Origin: Callorhinchus milii
Lineage: Eukaryota
Length of the DNA: 64,000 bases
Assembly (NCBI RefSeq): GCF_018977255.1
Contig: NW_024704743.1
Span: forward strand, 2,046,001-2,110,000
Direction: 5' to 3'
Shown piece after piece: positions 11,879 to 26,209 of this stretch. The position numbers were made by a program, and so were the translations under genes. Each line of letters begins with the position of its first letter. The first letter of the stretch is position 1. Under the pieces are notes generated by a model. It was given only the letters and a program-made list of their open reading frames with translations. It was not told where the DNA came from and did no database searches.

Positions 11879-14800
11879 ATGAATCTCACGAATTCCACTG
11901 GCCTGTGATGTACCTGGTGTTGCCCGTATTTATGGTCAACCTTTTACATATATATATATATTATATAGATATACAGGTATATGTTATATATATATATGTG
12001 TATAAATAGCTGTGTACAAGGCCGGGACTCTCAGTGAGGTGTAGGGTTTATGAGGTGGGGGCACAGAGCGGTTGGACCTGATAGAGTGGTGTGTCAATCA
12101 CACAGACACACACCAGTCATTGCTGCAGATCTCCTGATTTCACCTGTGCCCTCGCTTTAGGAATCTCCCCAACTCCAACTGATATGGCCACACCGGTGTG
12201 AATTAACACGTCAAAACTCGGCATTGCACTCTGTGTGTTGTTGGGTTTTTTTTTGCGGGGGGGGGGGGGCGGAGGTGGAAGTGGGGGTGGTGGGGAGGAA
12301 ACGAGTCGACTTCGGATCCAAAATGTACTGGGAAAATAGTGGCTGATGCGAAAAAAAGGAGATACATAGATTGGTGGGGTGATGGGGGAAGAGAGAGACA
12401 GAGAGAGAGAGAGAGACAGAGACAGAGAGAGACAGAGACAGAGAGAGACAGAGACAGACAGAGAGACAGAGACACAGAGAAACTGAATGGTTTTCAGTGA
12501 CCTCTCATTGCAAACAAAACAGAAGTAACAAATGCACCGAAATCGGGGTCTATCAAACGGCCACATATACACATGATAACGAGGATGTAATTCTAACCCT
12601 TTGTCCATTTATATTTATATTGAACCATTTTGACCCTCTCTATAATAGCCAACAGGGAGTTAAGTTTCCCGTACACTGTCCTGGATCCACTTATATGATG
12701 CCTGTTTCTTGCACATTTCCCTTTTCCGTTCCTTTAATAAATTAGATGTATGAAAAAAAAACATTATTGTTGTTTTTTGGCTGTGTGGGGGGGGGGGGGG
12801 TGTGTGAGGGGGGATCTGCTTTGCAATGACTTGTTTAATAACAGTTGATAAGGACACACAAATGGACACACTATACAGAGAGTTTACATCAACGCTGTAA
12901 CAGAAATGCGTCCAATAAACAGACCAAGAGTTGTTTGCTTTTTTTTTACTTGACCTGAAAAGGAACGATTTTGAGTAAATTCCCAGTGAATAGTGTAAAT
13001 TGCAAACTTACACTTGAATTATCCAATGCCACATGTCACAAAAAGGCGCTAAATAACTCGGTGTGTTAGCGAATGCAATCCGAGATTTGGGTTACACGTT
13101 ATATATATATATATATTTTTTTCTGCCCTGTATTGATAATTCTGTAAGCTCGGGGGGGAAAAAAAACGTACTCATCGTGAAATAATAATAATAAACAATA
13201 ACAACAACAATAATAATAATAACCCTTGCAATTCACATCACTCCAAACGAAAGGGTGCAATGTTTTTAGTTTTATTTTACCCGCACACACACACACACAC
13301 ACACACATAAAAAACCAAACTCACACACAATATCAACGAGTGTTAGGACATAGGAGTGAAGTTGATTTTTTTCTAATACAGATTGGGGCGGTGGAGAGGG
13401 TGGGATTGAGACAAAGGGAAAGAAAGTGAGAGGGGGAGAGGATATATAATCGCCCGTCTTTTCCCATCGCATTTGGGGATTCAATGGATTTTACTTTCAC
13501 CATCAGACGAATAAAGAGAGAGTGTGGACGGTTTCGCAGGAGCTCAGTATCGAAATACATTGCACCTTCTTTTCTCGGCCTTGTTTTTAGACCCAATTAG
13601 ACGACAACAAATCAGCCTATAGAGTAGATCAAACCTTCCTCTCTCTCTCTCTCTCTCTCTATTCCCCCCAAAAGCCTTGTACTGTAGTTGGGGGCCTAAC
13701 CTCCCTTGGATTTCCTATTTGGATTACAAAATACCGGTTGTGTGTGTGTGTGTGTGTGTGTGTCTGTGTGTAAAACAAATCAATATATTTTATATCTAAA
13801 TAATGAAATCGGACGGAGAGGTCGGGGGCCACTAAAAAGGCGATGGAGTTGTGAGTTAATTTTAATTTTAAGGCACCTCCTCCCCGCCCTTGAACGATCC
13901 ATCTGTGGCTTTTGTAGTCAAGACTTATTCTGACTATATTGCAGAAATAAATCTTTGCCTCAAAAGCCACAAGAGAGAGAGAGAGAGACAGAGACAGAGA
14001 GAGAGAGAGAAAGAAATTGCAAATAAAATGCCCCCAAAAAAATCACTGGGCTTTTGTGAGTTGGTATTGTATGTGAGACAGTATTATTGTAACTATTACA
14101 ACAAAATAGAGGTACAATAAATCTCTCTCTCTCTCTCTCTTTCTCCCCCAAATTCCCAGCCCCGTTATAAACTCGCAGAAATTAGGAACATTTCAGGCGT
14201 TTGCTTTTTTTAAAAAAAAAACCAATAATAAATGTGGGTTCAGTCTCAACACAACACCAAATCCGTCCTCTCAACCTTTCTCTCTTTCTCGTGTTGCCGC
14301 AGTGGTTTCTGAAGCGATGGTTTCCAGATAAACTTTGGAAAACCCAGACACAATTCTCTCCCTTCCTCCCCCCCCCCACCCCCCACACACACACACCGAG
14401 AGAGAGAGAGAGAGAGAAAAGGGGGAGAGACAATATTTAAAACAACAGATCGACAAAATACCCGGTGTGACCACCGGGAGGCGCTGGAGAGCAGCGGTTA
14501 CCAGAGAGAAGGAAAGTCAAAGTCACCTTCAGTGCAAAAAAAAAGATTTGAACACAACAAAAAAAAACTCCAGACATTGCCAGCGCCCCCCCACCCCCCC
14601 CTTAACAACTCGCCCAAACCACGGCAAACAATAATAATAATAACCACCACCACAACAACAGCGATAGCAACAGTATTGGCTTCCAGTACAAGAAGTCTAA
14701 AGTAAAAACTAAACTCCTTCCCCCTTCTCCTCACATCATACCCTAACTCCCCCCCATCCATCTATCTAGTTATCCATCTATCTATTTGCCTATCTTAACC

Positions 14801-15468
14801 TCAAGCGTTCTGCTAAAGAGAATAAAAGAACTGGTTCGCCCCCAGAGGGAAAGCGGCTCAGATCTGAAGATATACTTACTCACTTATTCACTTACTCACT
14901 CACTCTCACTCACTCACTCGTGCGCTTTTCTTTCGAGTTTCTTTCGAGGCAACGAGGGCTTCGGTTAAAATGGAAGCAACTGGGGCATTGGTTTGTTTGG
15001 CTGAAGGCACCTGCTTTTGTGCAAATGCCATTTCTCTCGTCGTTAAGAGTAATGGGGGGGGGGGGGGGGTAGAGGGGTTGCCTCTGGTACACTGGGAGAC
15101 AGACACAGTGCCAGTCTGGATGTGAGCACAGACACAACACACTCTCTCTCTCTCTCACACACACACACACAGACAGACACATAGAATGAAATCACTGAAG
15201 GGAAACCTCTTTTTTTTTTCCTTTCCCCCCCCCCCACACTCCACACGCACACACTACCCCACGACGAAAAAAAAAGCAAACGAGGCCAGTCACTCTCCTT
15301 TTCTTCTCTCTCTCTCTCTCTCCACGATGCAGCCCTCCCTTCCCCTGACTCAATGCTTTATTTAAACACACACTGATATACTGTCAGCGAGAGAGAGAGA
15401 GAGAAAATAAAAGCTCAAATCCTTATTGAGAATGAAACTGCAACCAGGTTCACCCCCCCATCTCTCCC

Positions 15469-15499
<31 letters not shown>

Positions 15500-16144
15500 A
15501 CACATCCTTTAATAACGAGCGGCTATTTTATTTATGTCGTGACAACGAAGGTGGAAATTGTAGCGTCCAAAATATATATATATATAACGTGCTTTTTTCA
15601 AAGAATAATTTTGATTGTGAATCGTTTCTGAAGCAGGAAGTGTAAGCTGTTAACTGCGAGGAATGTCTGTCTGTCTGTCTGTCTGAAACACAATTGTGTA
15701 ATTAATTTTCTTTTCGCAGGAAGTAACACTGGACCCGGACAATGCGATTCTCGCATGCATTATGCATCCAAACCTTTTTACTCTCCCGCATCAATTTCCT
15801 CTTTAATTTGATATTTCACTGGGTGGGAAAAGCTTTGGAAGTTGAGACAAGGCTTCTCGAGAAGTATTGTTGGCCATTCGGGTGTCTGGTTATAAGTGTT
15901 TATCTGCAGAAAGCATCGCGCCCCAAAGGCCGATCTGATCAGTATTCTATATAAAATAGCATTATAATTTCCTCCCTCCCGCCCCCCCCCCCCGCCCCCC
16001 CAAAAAACATCCTCAAACTCAGAGATTTGCATTTCATTAAAAAAAACTCCTGTTTGTTATCTCTGTTCTTCTTTTGGTTTCCGGAAAACTTAATTATCTC
16101 ACTCAAGAAAACCACACACACACACACAACCACGCGATGGGAAG

Positions 16145-16650
16145 TTATAATATTAATAATAATTCTGGCGTTTGTCACAGCGCCTCATCACATCATCGAG
16201 ACGTCTCGAAGCGCTTCACTGACTGCCCTGTAAAGTGTAGTGACTGTATATTGTAATGGGAGAAACTTCGCTCACCCATTTAACAAATAATATCTCTCCA
16301 ACAAGTCACGAATTAGTACCCGCCTTATTATTACTTTTGGGGGCAAACTCTTTCAAATGTAAGTGAACAGCAACTTGCAGAAACGGAGCAAATATATATC
16401 TACATATATACATATATATATACACACATTTTTAAAATAATGTTTTCTATTTGGAAACTAACAGATGCGTCATTTTGTTTTTCCCCTCAAACCCTTCTCG
16501 TTCAGTGACAGAAATCAAACCAAACAAAGTTGCATCGAATGTGCACTCAGGAAAACCCCACAATTTGATGTTATAATAATAATAATAATAATACTTGCAA
16601 TTGATGTAGCGCCTTATCACGTCTGCGAGGCGTCTCCAAACGCTTTCACG
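16145..16650 (-). mobile_element. Two SINE tail fragments (~16145-16255 and ~16573-16650)
   Basis: (aat)n followed by reverse-complement tail (cagcgcctcatcacatcatcgagacgtctcgaagcgcttcac; tagcgccttatcacgtctgcgaggcgtctc). Confidence 0.8.
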
Positions 16651-16807
16651 TGAATACACTGCATTGATTACAGCCAAAAAAAATTGAATCAACCGATGGA
16701 CATAATCGCAGTGCAATGGAATGAAACCCAATCAGCCTTCAGAGAGATTTCTTTTTGTATTTTTTATAAAAAACCCCAAGTGAAATCGTTACAGAAATAC
16801 AAGCTGG

Positions 16808-16867
<60 letters not shown>

Positions 16868-19659
16868 GACTGTCTGTCTGTCGTGAGACATGGGACTTAA
16901 CACAGAGAGAGAGAGAAAAAAAAACACACGCATTTCTTTCTCACTGAGCTCCCAAGTTCAGTTCGAACTGCTGATTTCTTGAACTTGGACAGTGTTTTTT
17001 TTAATAAACTTGAATGTTCGGGGCACAACGTGGGGAGTGTGTGGGGCGTGGAGTGGGGGGTGGGAGAGGTGGGGGGGAGAGAGAGAGAGAGAGAGAGAGA
17101 GATGGTCATGGACATGGACTGAGGTTTCTATATGAACAGAAGGCAGTGGCGAGAAAACTGCTTCGCCTGAGTTCAGCCGAACAAAAAAGTCGACTTGTCT
17201 TTTCAGACCCAACCAACACTGACACAGAGTCAGAAGGATTTCAGTGAAGGCTTTTCTGTTGTTGCTGTTTTATTGTTGCTGTTGTTGTTGTTGTTGTTTC
17301 GCTGCTGTTATTCGCAGAGAGTTCAGTCCCGTATCTCAGACACCAAATTATTTTTCCAACGGTACCAAACTGTTTAGCTCAGAGAGGGACACACACACAC
17401 CCACACACACGCACATACACACACACACAGACACACATACACACATACACACACATGCACACACACACACACACCCACCCACACACACACATGCACACAC
17501 ACACACCCACACCCACACACACACATGCACACACACACACCCACACACCCACACACACACACACCACACATACACACACACATACACAGAAGAGTCCACT
17601 CCAACACATCACAAACATAATCCAAAATGTATGTGTGTGAGTGAGTTTGTGGGTTTTTTTTTGGGGGGGAGGAAGGGGGAATAAAGGGGATATATTCTTT
17701 TGATGACTGGTATTTGAACCCACAAAACGCCCCCCTGCCCAGCCCCAAAACTATTAGCTCCATTTATTTTCCGCTGTGTATAAATAACTGAGTCGAATTA
17801 AAGGTTAACGAAAATGGCGCCATTATTATTTCTTCTCGTGTGTGTGTGAGTGGTGGGGGGGGGGGGGGGGTGGGGGGTGGGGGTGTTGGTGTGTGTGCAA
17901 ACCGTCCTGTTCACAGAAAACACACCACCTGTTGCTAACCGATCGGTGTCAGCATTTCCAGTGAGCAAGTGATCACACTCTCTCTCTCTGTCTGTCTCTC
18001 TCTCTCTCTGTCTGTCTGTCCCTGTCTGTCTGTCTGTCTGTCTGTCTGTCCCTGTCTGTCTGTCTGTCCAGGTAAATAAATCAGGGATTGGGAAATCATA
18101 ATGTGTGCCAACACAATACAGGAGCTTTCGTGGAGGGGGAACACAGTCTAATTAACGTTGGCTGCGGTGCAAACAGTGTATTCTTATGGCAAATGTGTGG
18201 GTTATATCCCTGGAGGACGCACACGTTTGGTGACTGACTTGTTTTCTAAGTCATTTATTCGGCTGCTGGATAGCACAGGTGCTTTGGTATTCAGCGACCT
18301 TTGCAGAGAGAGAGAGAGGGGTGGTTGGGGGGGGGGGATGTAGGGGTAATGTGAGGTGAGGTGGGGAGAGAGAGAGAACGAGAGAGAGGAAAAACAAAAC
18401 AAGGTTTCAGAAAAGGTAACCCACCCCCACATGAGGGAGACGCAATGATTTAATTTTAATTTAATGAGGATAATAGGCGCGGGTAAAATCAACCTACTTT
18501 CCAACCGGTTTCACTGGTGCCAAGTGGACAACAAATTGACAAGTTTTTTTTTGTTTGTGGGGGTGGTGGGGGGGGGGGGACAGGAAAAGTTTCAATGACA
18601 TAAATCACACATCAGCGCACATTTCAGGGTGACTTAACATAGGCGGCGGTGAGACCCTGAGCGCCAGGGCTCAGGTTTGGATAGACTGTGTTGAACTCGA
18701 TTTTACTGGTGAATCGTCTATAAAATGGGTGGAAAAATGCCCAAATCTTTCGGTTACCCTCCGCTCTCTAATTTATGTTTAGTTTCCCCAACGAGTGCTG
18801 TGCAATCGATAGAAAATTACGCTGTACAGTTCTGCACTGTTTTTTCACACTCTTCAAATTCTTTAATTCTACTATAAAGTACTTGCTGTTTTGTGTATCT
18901 TGCTTTTGTTTCGTTTTTGTTGTTGTGGGGGGGGGGCGGTGGGGGGTGGGGGGTGGGGGGAGGATGGTTAAGGAGGCAATAGTGTAAGGAAACCGACTTC
19001 ATCTCAAAAGCACTGTCACATCATCTCATTGAAAAGGCAGTCAGCAAACCAAATTATGTTCAATTTCAATTGCCTGGTGAACCAAGTGATGCTTTGTCAA
19101 CACTAATTGTCGATTGCTTTGTCGTTTCCTGGAAAACTACTACTACTAATAAAATAATAATAATAAATAATAATAATAATAATAATAATAAAACTCCGCT
19201 CTATCGCTCGCGAGCTCTCAGCACACTTCAGCCCTAATGTGAGGCTGACTTCAATACCTGTTATACTCAATCCAGAAGGCAAAAGGGAGTTAAACAGAAT
19301 GTTTGACCCGTCACATAAATGCCCACAATCATCTCAACAGCACAACCGATCCTCCCCGCGGCGGTTACTGTACCGGAGAGGCGTAACGTTGTCGTGTTGC
19401 AGAGCCGGGGGGCGATTTCGAAGAGAAACTCTCAATACTTTCGTGGCTTTAGTGGCGATGCCTTTAAACAGCAGCACAAGTAATTCTGCGCCGCTCTCCC
19501 GCTCGTGAACCTTATTCGGCGGACATTAGTATGTGGTCGGTGGTGAGTTAAGGAAGTCACATACTTCACAACAAAAGCGACAACACGACCACTGGCTTCG
19601 TTGGGTTTGCAATCCGGGGTTTAGATTTCGTTGAGGTTTTTCTATCTCGATCATTATCC

Positions 19660-19691
<32 letters not shown>

Positions 19692-19856
19692 ATTATTATT
19701 ATTATTGAGAAGTGGTATTGGAAAGAGAACGTGGGATTTGTTTTTGCTTTTCGTGGCAGGACTTTCTTGCCTCATATTGACGGTCGGCCTTAAAGGGAGA
19801 AACGGGGCTGCAAAGGTGATCAAAGGAGGAACAAGTTGGATAGGGACAAGTTTCTG

Positions 19857-19887
<31 letters not shown>

Positions 19888-20012
19888 ACCTGTTATAACC
19901 CCCACTCGCTTTACTGCCTTGCACGCAACTGTACAAACTTGTCGGACAAGGTGCTCGATACACCCAATAATCTGCACAAGGTCGAGTGAAATGGAGGTGC
20001 AACCAGATAGGT

Positions 20013-20592
20013 CCTGGTGGTGTGGTGGTGGTGGTGGTCCTGGTGGTGGTGGTGGTCCTGGTGCTGGTGGTGGTGATGGTCCTGGTGGTGGTGGTGGTGG
20101 TCCTGGTGGTGTGGTGGTGGTGGTGTGGTGGTGGTGGTGGCGGTGGTGTGGTGGTGATGGTGGTGGTGGTGGTGGTGTGGTGGTGGTGGGTGGTGGTGGT
20201 GGTGGTGGTGGTGTGGTGATGGTGGTGTGGTGGTGGTGATGGTCCTGGTGGTGGTGGTGGTGGTGGGGTAGTGGTGGTGGTGGTGGTGGGGTAGTGGTGG
20301 TGGTGTGGTGGTGGTGGTGGTGTGGTGGTGATGGTGGTGGTGGTGGTGTGGTGGTGGTGGTGTGGTGGTGGTGGTGGTGTGGTGGTGGTGTGGTGATGGT
20401 GGTGTGGTGGTGGTGATGGTCCTGGTGGTGGTGGTGGTGGTGGGGTAGTGGTGGTGGTGGTGGTGGGGTAGTGGTGGTGGTGTGGTGGTGGTGGTGGTGT
20501 GGTGGTGGTGGTGGTGATGGTCCTGGTGGTGGTGGTGGTGGGGTAGTGGTGGTGGTGTGGTGGTGTGGTGGTGGGGTGGTGGTGGTGGTGGG
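20013..20592. repeat. (GGT)n-based compound repeat with a higher-order internal duplication
   Basis: GGT runs punctuated by GGTCCT, GAT and GGGGTA variants; a ~110 bp pattern recurs near 20221 and 20398. Confidence 0.95.
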
Positions 20593-21030
20593 GTGTTTTT
20601 TCTTTTAATCCGTTCGAAATACCAACTCAAGTTCTGCCTAAATTTATTGCGCATTTAAAACCAAAGCAGCGTTGAACAGTTTACGCACTGAGCTTTGCGC
20701 ACAATCAATACCAGTCCCACAGACAGGAGGACACTGTGGGGCTGTTATTCTGTGTTAGTAAAAGAAACAAGAAACAAACAAGTCACCTTGAAAGATATAC
20801 TTACTCGCGTGTGACAGGAATGTTAGGGCAGAATTAACGGCTTGGCAAAGCTCGTGACATTAACAGAAAGCTGTTCGGGTTACATTAGATGACAGTGTTA
20901 TACTGTGTTAGATTCGGGGGTCACATTAATATCACAATATTGTTACGTCGGATTTGTGTTTCAGTGGATTAGGTTAATGTTCGAGTGTTGTATTAGATTC
21001 GCGGGAACACAGACACACACACACACACAG

Positions 21031-21062
<32 letters not shown>

Positions 21063-22079
21063 ACACACACAGACACACACACACACACAGACACATACAC
21101 ACAGACACACACTCAGAGACACACACACACACACACACACAGACACACACACAGACACACACACACACAGACACACACACACACACAAACACACACACAC
21201 GTTGAAATCGACATATGTTGACACCGAAGCAACACAGAAACGGCTGAGGCTAAAATACTGTGTCAGAATGTAAAGATTCTCCCCCAAAACTCTTGCGAGG
21301 AAACGTAATTATATATATAAAAAAATACTGCGAGTTTCTAAGTTACATTGCATTACCAAGTCCGGAAACCAATATAGGTTTGTGGATCCCTCCGTTTGCA
21401 CTGGATAATCACCCCCCCCCCTTCTGTTTGTTTATTTATTTATTTATTTGGGGGGTGGGGTGGGGGGGGCAACACCTCAGAATATGTTGCGTTGCAGACG
21501 CTTTATTGAAGATTATTGGTGTCGGACCTGTTCTGATAGAGAACAGTGTTTCAACAAAGAGAGAGAGAGAGGGAGATAGAGGTGGTGGGGGGGGTGGGGG
21601 GGGGGGGTCGCTGGGGTTTAATAGAGTGAGACACTGGGAGATATCTGTGCATCGAAAATGCTATTGGATTGGAGAAGTCTGATTTACTGAGACGTCCCGT
21701 TGACATAACGCTCGGCTGGTGATTTAGTCCTTAATGTCCTAATATTCCTATCAACTCACCAGTCCGGAGGCGGGGGGGGGGGGGGGGGGGGGGGGTCGGA
21801 CTTTCACATGTGCTTAGGAAGGATCTCTTGAATAAAAGTTGACACGGTGCTGCGGGTGTATTAAAGTCCAGTCCTACTCTGGTCGCTGTGTGAATAATTT
21901 AACGCGTCGGAGCGCACGCAAACCCCTACATTGCCCAATAACATCTCTTCGGGACTTCACCTGCACAGCCATAGCCAAGGATACTGACACTCTTGACACC
22001 AAAAAAAACATACTTCCCCAGGGCTGGGAGTTCGAGGACATTCAGAAACACCACGTGGGAAATAAAGCACACCATGATA

Positions 22080-22240
22080 ATAAATAATAATAATAGTAAT
22101 CCTTGCATTGCAGTACAGAGCCTTAACACCTCACCGAGACGTCTCGAAGCTCTTCACAGGATCTTACTGTTAAATTTCAGTGAATGTGTCAGACCACAGC
22201 AATGTCCCACAAACAACCATGGAGTGAATGACCAATTTTA
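22080..22240 (-). mobile_element. Truncated SINE with internal deletion
   Basis: aatccttgcattg...gagacgtctcgaagctcttcacagg...cacagcaatgtcccacaaacaaccatggagtgaatgaccaa. Confidence 0.75.
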
Positions 22241-22576
22241 TTAGGTGGGGAGGGGGGTGTGTGTGTGTGTGGGTGGGGTGGGGTGGGGTGGGGTGGGGGG
22301 GGGATAGTTGGCCATGACACTGAGAGAGAGAGAGAGAGAAACTCTCTTCTCTTTTCGAACTCAATTCGTGTTGGATGTGTTAAACCAACTATTAAAGCCA
22401 CGGTGTCTTTCAAATGTTGGTGGTGGGGAGGATGGGGTGGGAGGGGGTTGGAATGGGGGAGTTTAGACAGACAGTGGTGGCAGATTGGGATGGTTTGGTT
22501 AATTCAGCAGTAGGAAAAAAGCGACCACAATGAGTTGTTAGTTGTTCAGGGAATCTGTCCTATCGCCCCCCCCCCC

Positions 22577-22619
<43 letters not shown>

Positions 22620-22985
22620 ACACACACACACAAGGCGTTGGTGGGCACTGGCTGTGTGTGTGTGACAGCCTTATTAATTGAAGGCAACACCTATTACGTT
22701 AACACTCTCTGCCAGGGCGGTGGGCAAAGAGAAGAGAAGAGGCAGAGAGAGAGAGAGAGAGAGAGAGTTGGGTGAAATGGCATCTGCTTCCTCGCTGTGA
22801 AGCAGTCACAATGTTCTCTGATGGCCAGCAGGTAAGGTCGAGGGCACAGAGGCTCAGGGATTTTACTTAGATCAATAATGGCACTCTTAAAATGAATTAA
22901 TTAGTTTTAATGTCATAGTATAATCCCTATATTTCCCTCCAGGATTCTTGACGTGGTGGCTTGATGACTACTTTGTGGCGATTTC

Positions 22986-23017
<32 letters not shown>

Positions 23018-23069
23018 ACTCTGACAGGCTCTCTCTCTCTCTCTCCTCTAAAAGCTGGTTTGAGCGAAT

Positions 23070-23435
23070 AATGATAATAATAATATTAATAATAATAATC
23101 CTTGGATTTGATATAGCGCCCTATCACGTCGTTGAAACATCTCAAAGTGCTTCACAGCTTATACCGTAAAGTGAATTGACTATATTTTTGTGAGCCAAAC
23201 ATTTGATATCAAAGCCCGATACAAAAACAAATTGATCGCTCAACCCGCGGCTGTTTGCGGGGGACACTGCTGTGCGCAATTGTGCCCACAAAACACGCAG
23301 TCGATTCACTTGATGGTATATTCCGTGAAGAGCTTTGCGACGTCTCGAAGACGTGAGAAGGCGCTGTATCAAATGAGAGGGTTATTATTATTACATTGTA
23401 AAGTGGATTGAACGTGTATTTTTGTGGGCAAAACA
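23070..23435. mobile_element. Jumbled SINE pieces: (-) tail ~23070-23200, (+) 3' half ~23230-23392, (-) piece ~23395-23435
   Basis: Family tail motifs in alternating orientation. Confidence 0.8.
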
Positions 23436-23809
23436 ATATTATTATTATAATAATTGCAGGTAATAGAAAATTGCCGTACTCTCTCTCTCTCTTTCTCTCT
23501 CTCTACTCCTCTCTACATTCTCCCCCCTCCCTCCCCACACCTCCCCTCCCCACCCCCGAGGGATACGCCTCTATGTCTATGTCGACGACTTATAATGCAC
23601 GGGGTTTACAGAGTGCCACGTGGCGTGCCAGCATGTCACACAGACTGCTACGCTTCCAATGCCAGCCCAGCCAGCGTGTCAGCCAGACTGTGTCCCACCT
23701 AGTGCCGGGCGGTGTGTCAGCCAGACTGTCACACACACACAGGACCACGCAGAGCAGCTTGCCGAGGGCCTGCAATTGGATCGCCTTTTCAGATCCGTGA
23801 CATCCTGCA

Positions 23810-24176
23810 GCCCCTGTAGCTCAGTGGGACCCGGGTTCGATTCTCGGGCAGGTCAGGGTGAAACGTTGGACAAGTTTCCTTACTCCACACACACACACAC
23901 ACACACACAACACACGGCTCTGTTTACCAGCAGTCAGAAGGAACGCAATTGTTAGTTGATTTGGGAGTGATAATCCCTTCAAAAATAAATAAATAATAAT
24001 CTGGTCACTTCAACCCACGGCTGATTGCGGGGACGCCGCTGTGCGCCATCGGCTGCTGCGTTTCACCCACAAAATACGCAGTCACTTCACAGTGTTATCC
24101 TGTGAAGCGCTTTGAGACGTCTCGAAGACGTGCTAAGGCGCCGTATCAAAGGCGAGGATTACCATTATTATTATTA
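23810..24176 (+). mobile_element. tRNA-derived SINE, near full length, anticodon-arm region deleted
   Basis: ctgtagctcagtgg joins directly to gacccgggttcgattc, followed by the family body and an (ATT)n tail. Confidence 0.9.
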
Positions 24177-25089
24177 AGATTATCCTGCTTATCCTTATCA
24201 CATGGGGGTAAAGTTAAGAGACAACGAGACAAGGCCATATCCTGACTATCAGAGTACATGACTATTTTAGTTTACACTGTAGACCGGCAGCTCTCAGTCG
24301 CTTTATTTTCCATGACAGATACCCCTTGCTCTGTTCCGGGGAACTAGCTAATCACTTAAATAGTCACAGAAGCGAGCGAACACACAAATGGATTCGAATA
24401 CCCTGTGCCAACAAACACTACATATTCAGTCAAATTAGCATTTAACCGTTACCAAAGTCGTTTCCTCCCCCCCACAAAAAAAAAATGGGCATGAAGAAGC
24501 TGCATTTTTAAAGAAAACATGCTCTCGTGAGCTTAAATTATAAAGCAGTCGTGAATATATATGTATCACTCGTGATACGCTACGTTGGGAATCTTTCCAA
24601 AGCAGTTCATCATCTTTAAAGGATCTTCCTCAAGTTCTGAGCTAAACTGGGTTGAGAGTCAAACATTGTTAAGTTAAAGTCAGGTCAAGATAGGTTGGGT
24701 GAATGATATATATCTTTGATATCACATCACTGCTGACTCATGAAGCCTGAGATAACTTATTGGTGAGGATATTCCATCCCCCTCATCCCCCCACCCCACC
24801 CCCACCAAAAGACATGACCTGTCAGACACTCCGCACAGCAGTTTGTCACCCCCACCTCTGACGCCCAAGTCATGGAGTGCTGAGTGTGCAATATTTAGAT
24901 GGAAGCCAAAGGCAACTGAGACTGAAACAGGTTGTGAAGTGGGTTTGTGCCGTGGGCGATTTTACACCAACCTTCAAAACACTGCAATGATCTCTTCTCA
25001 CCCCTTGAAGGTGTTTTGGTTGTCACTTATCATGGGAGACACCTACGGTAGGAATAATGGACGCCGTGTATGTTATATTGCCTAATTAT

Positions 25090-25515
25090 GGAGTCCTTGA
25101 GGTAATTGGGTAGAGCACTCGCCTCACAAGTGAAAGGACCTGGGTTCAATTCCCGGCAGGTCGAAATGTTGTGCAAGTTTTCTTACTCCACACGCCTCTG
25201 TCACCTTTCTCTCTCCTTGCATTTGATATAGCGCCTCATCACGTCTTCAAGGCGTCTAGCAGTCAGTAGGAACCCGGTTGTTAGTCGATTGGCGGATCGC
25301 TTTTCCGGGGGTAATAATTCCTTCAAAGTAATTTTTTGAAAGAATAATAATTTGGTCACTCAACCCACGGCTGTTTGTGGGGACGCTGCTGTGCGCAATC
25401 GGCTGCCGCGTTTTGCCCACAAAATATACAGTCAATTCACTTTACAGCGTATCCTGTGAAGCGCTTTGAGATGTCTTGGAGATGGATAAAGCACTAGTGC
25501 AAGGATTATTATTAT
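25090..25515 (+). mobile_element. tRNA-derived SINE, full length, carrying an inverted tail fragment at 25206-25257
   Basis: Family head, body and tail. The consensus ctgtttacc|agcagtcagtagg is interrupted by a reverse-complement tail piece. Confidence 0.88.
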
Positions 25516-26209
25516 ATGAGATGGATTAATAACTTTTCTGAACTGAGTCTCACCCTCTTTCCAAACACATCCTCCAACTCAGCATCTAATATCTCATTCC
25601 TGGTACTCTTTAATGTTGCATGTTGTAGATTTAAAAAAATAATAATTATTATAGTGTATTATTATAACAACACAAAACCACAAAACGAATAACGAAGTAA
25701 ATTGGGGGAATGAATTGCAACCAATTCTAAGGGAGAGGAGGGGGCAGTGGGGAGGGGGGGGAGACAGGGAATATAGACAAGATTTCAAATAATAATTTAA
25801 AATTGATCAAGAGAGAGAGTGCGTGAGTGAGTGAGTGAGTGAATGAGTGATTGAGTGAGTGAGTGAGTGAGTGAATGTGTGAGTGCGTGCGTGAGTGAGT
25901 GAGTGAGTGAGTGAGTGAGTAAATGAGTGAGTGAGTGAGCGAGCGAGCACGAGGCACTGTGAGATCACGCACAGTCCAGATTTTATAATGTAGTCAGCCT
26001 CTGACAGCCCAGTCCTTTCCAGATTCATTATCTCTTGGAGATGTTATGCCATCTGTTGAAGCTCATCTCCCGCTGACTTTAGGAGCTGCAGAGAAAAAGT
26101 ATGTGTGCCAGAGGTAGGTACACTGTAGCACATGCTCATTAGCATTTGGGAATCAATAGTTAACAAAGGATCCTCAATAAATACCACAAATAGGGACTCG
26201 ACCACGACA

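Noticed and set aside
19911..20654. 247-aa His/Thr/Pro-rich ORF on the minus strand
   Set aside because: Arises from the (GGT)n repeat; switches among homopolymers as the register slips; no domain or splice evidence.
26044..26058. CTCF-like motif (tatgccatctgttga), and weaker ones near 6412 and 17923
   Set aside because: Each mismatches core positions and cannot be supported without matrix scoring or ChIP.
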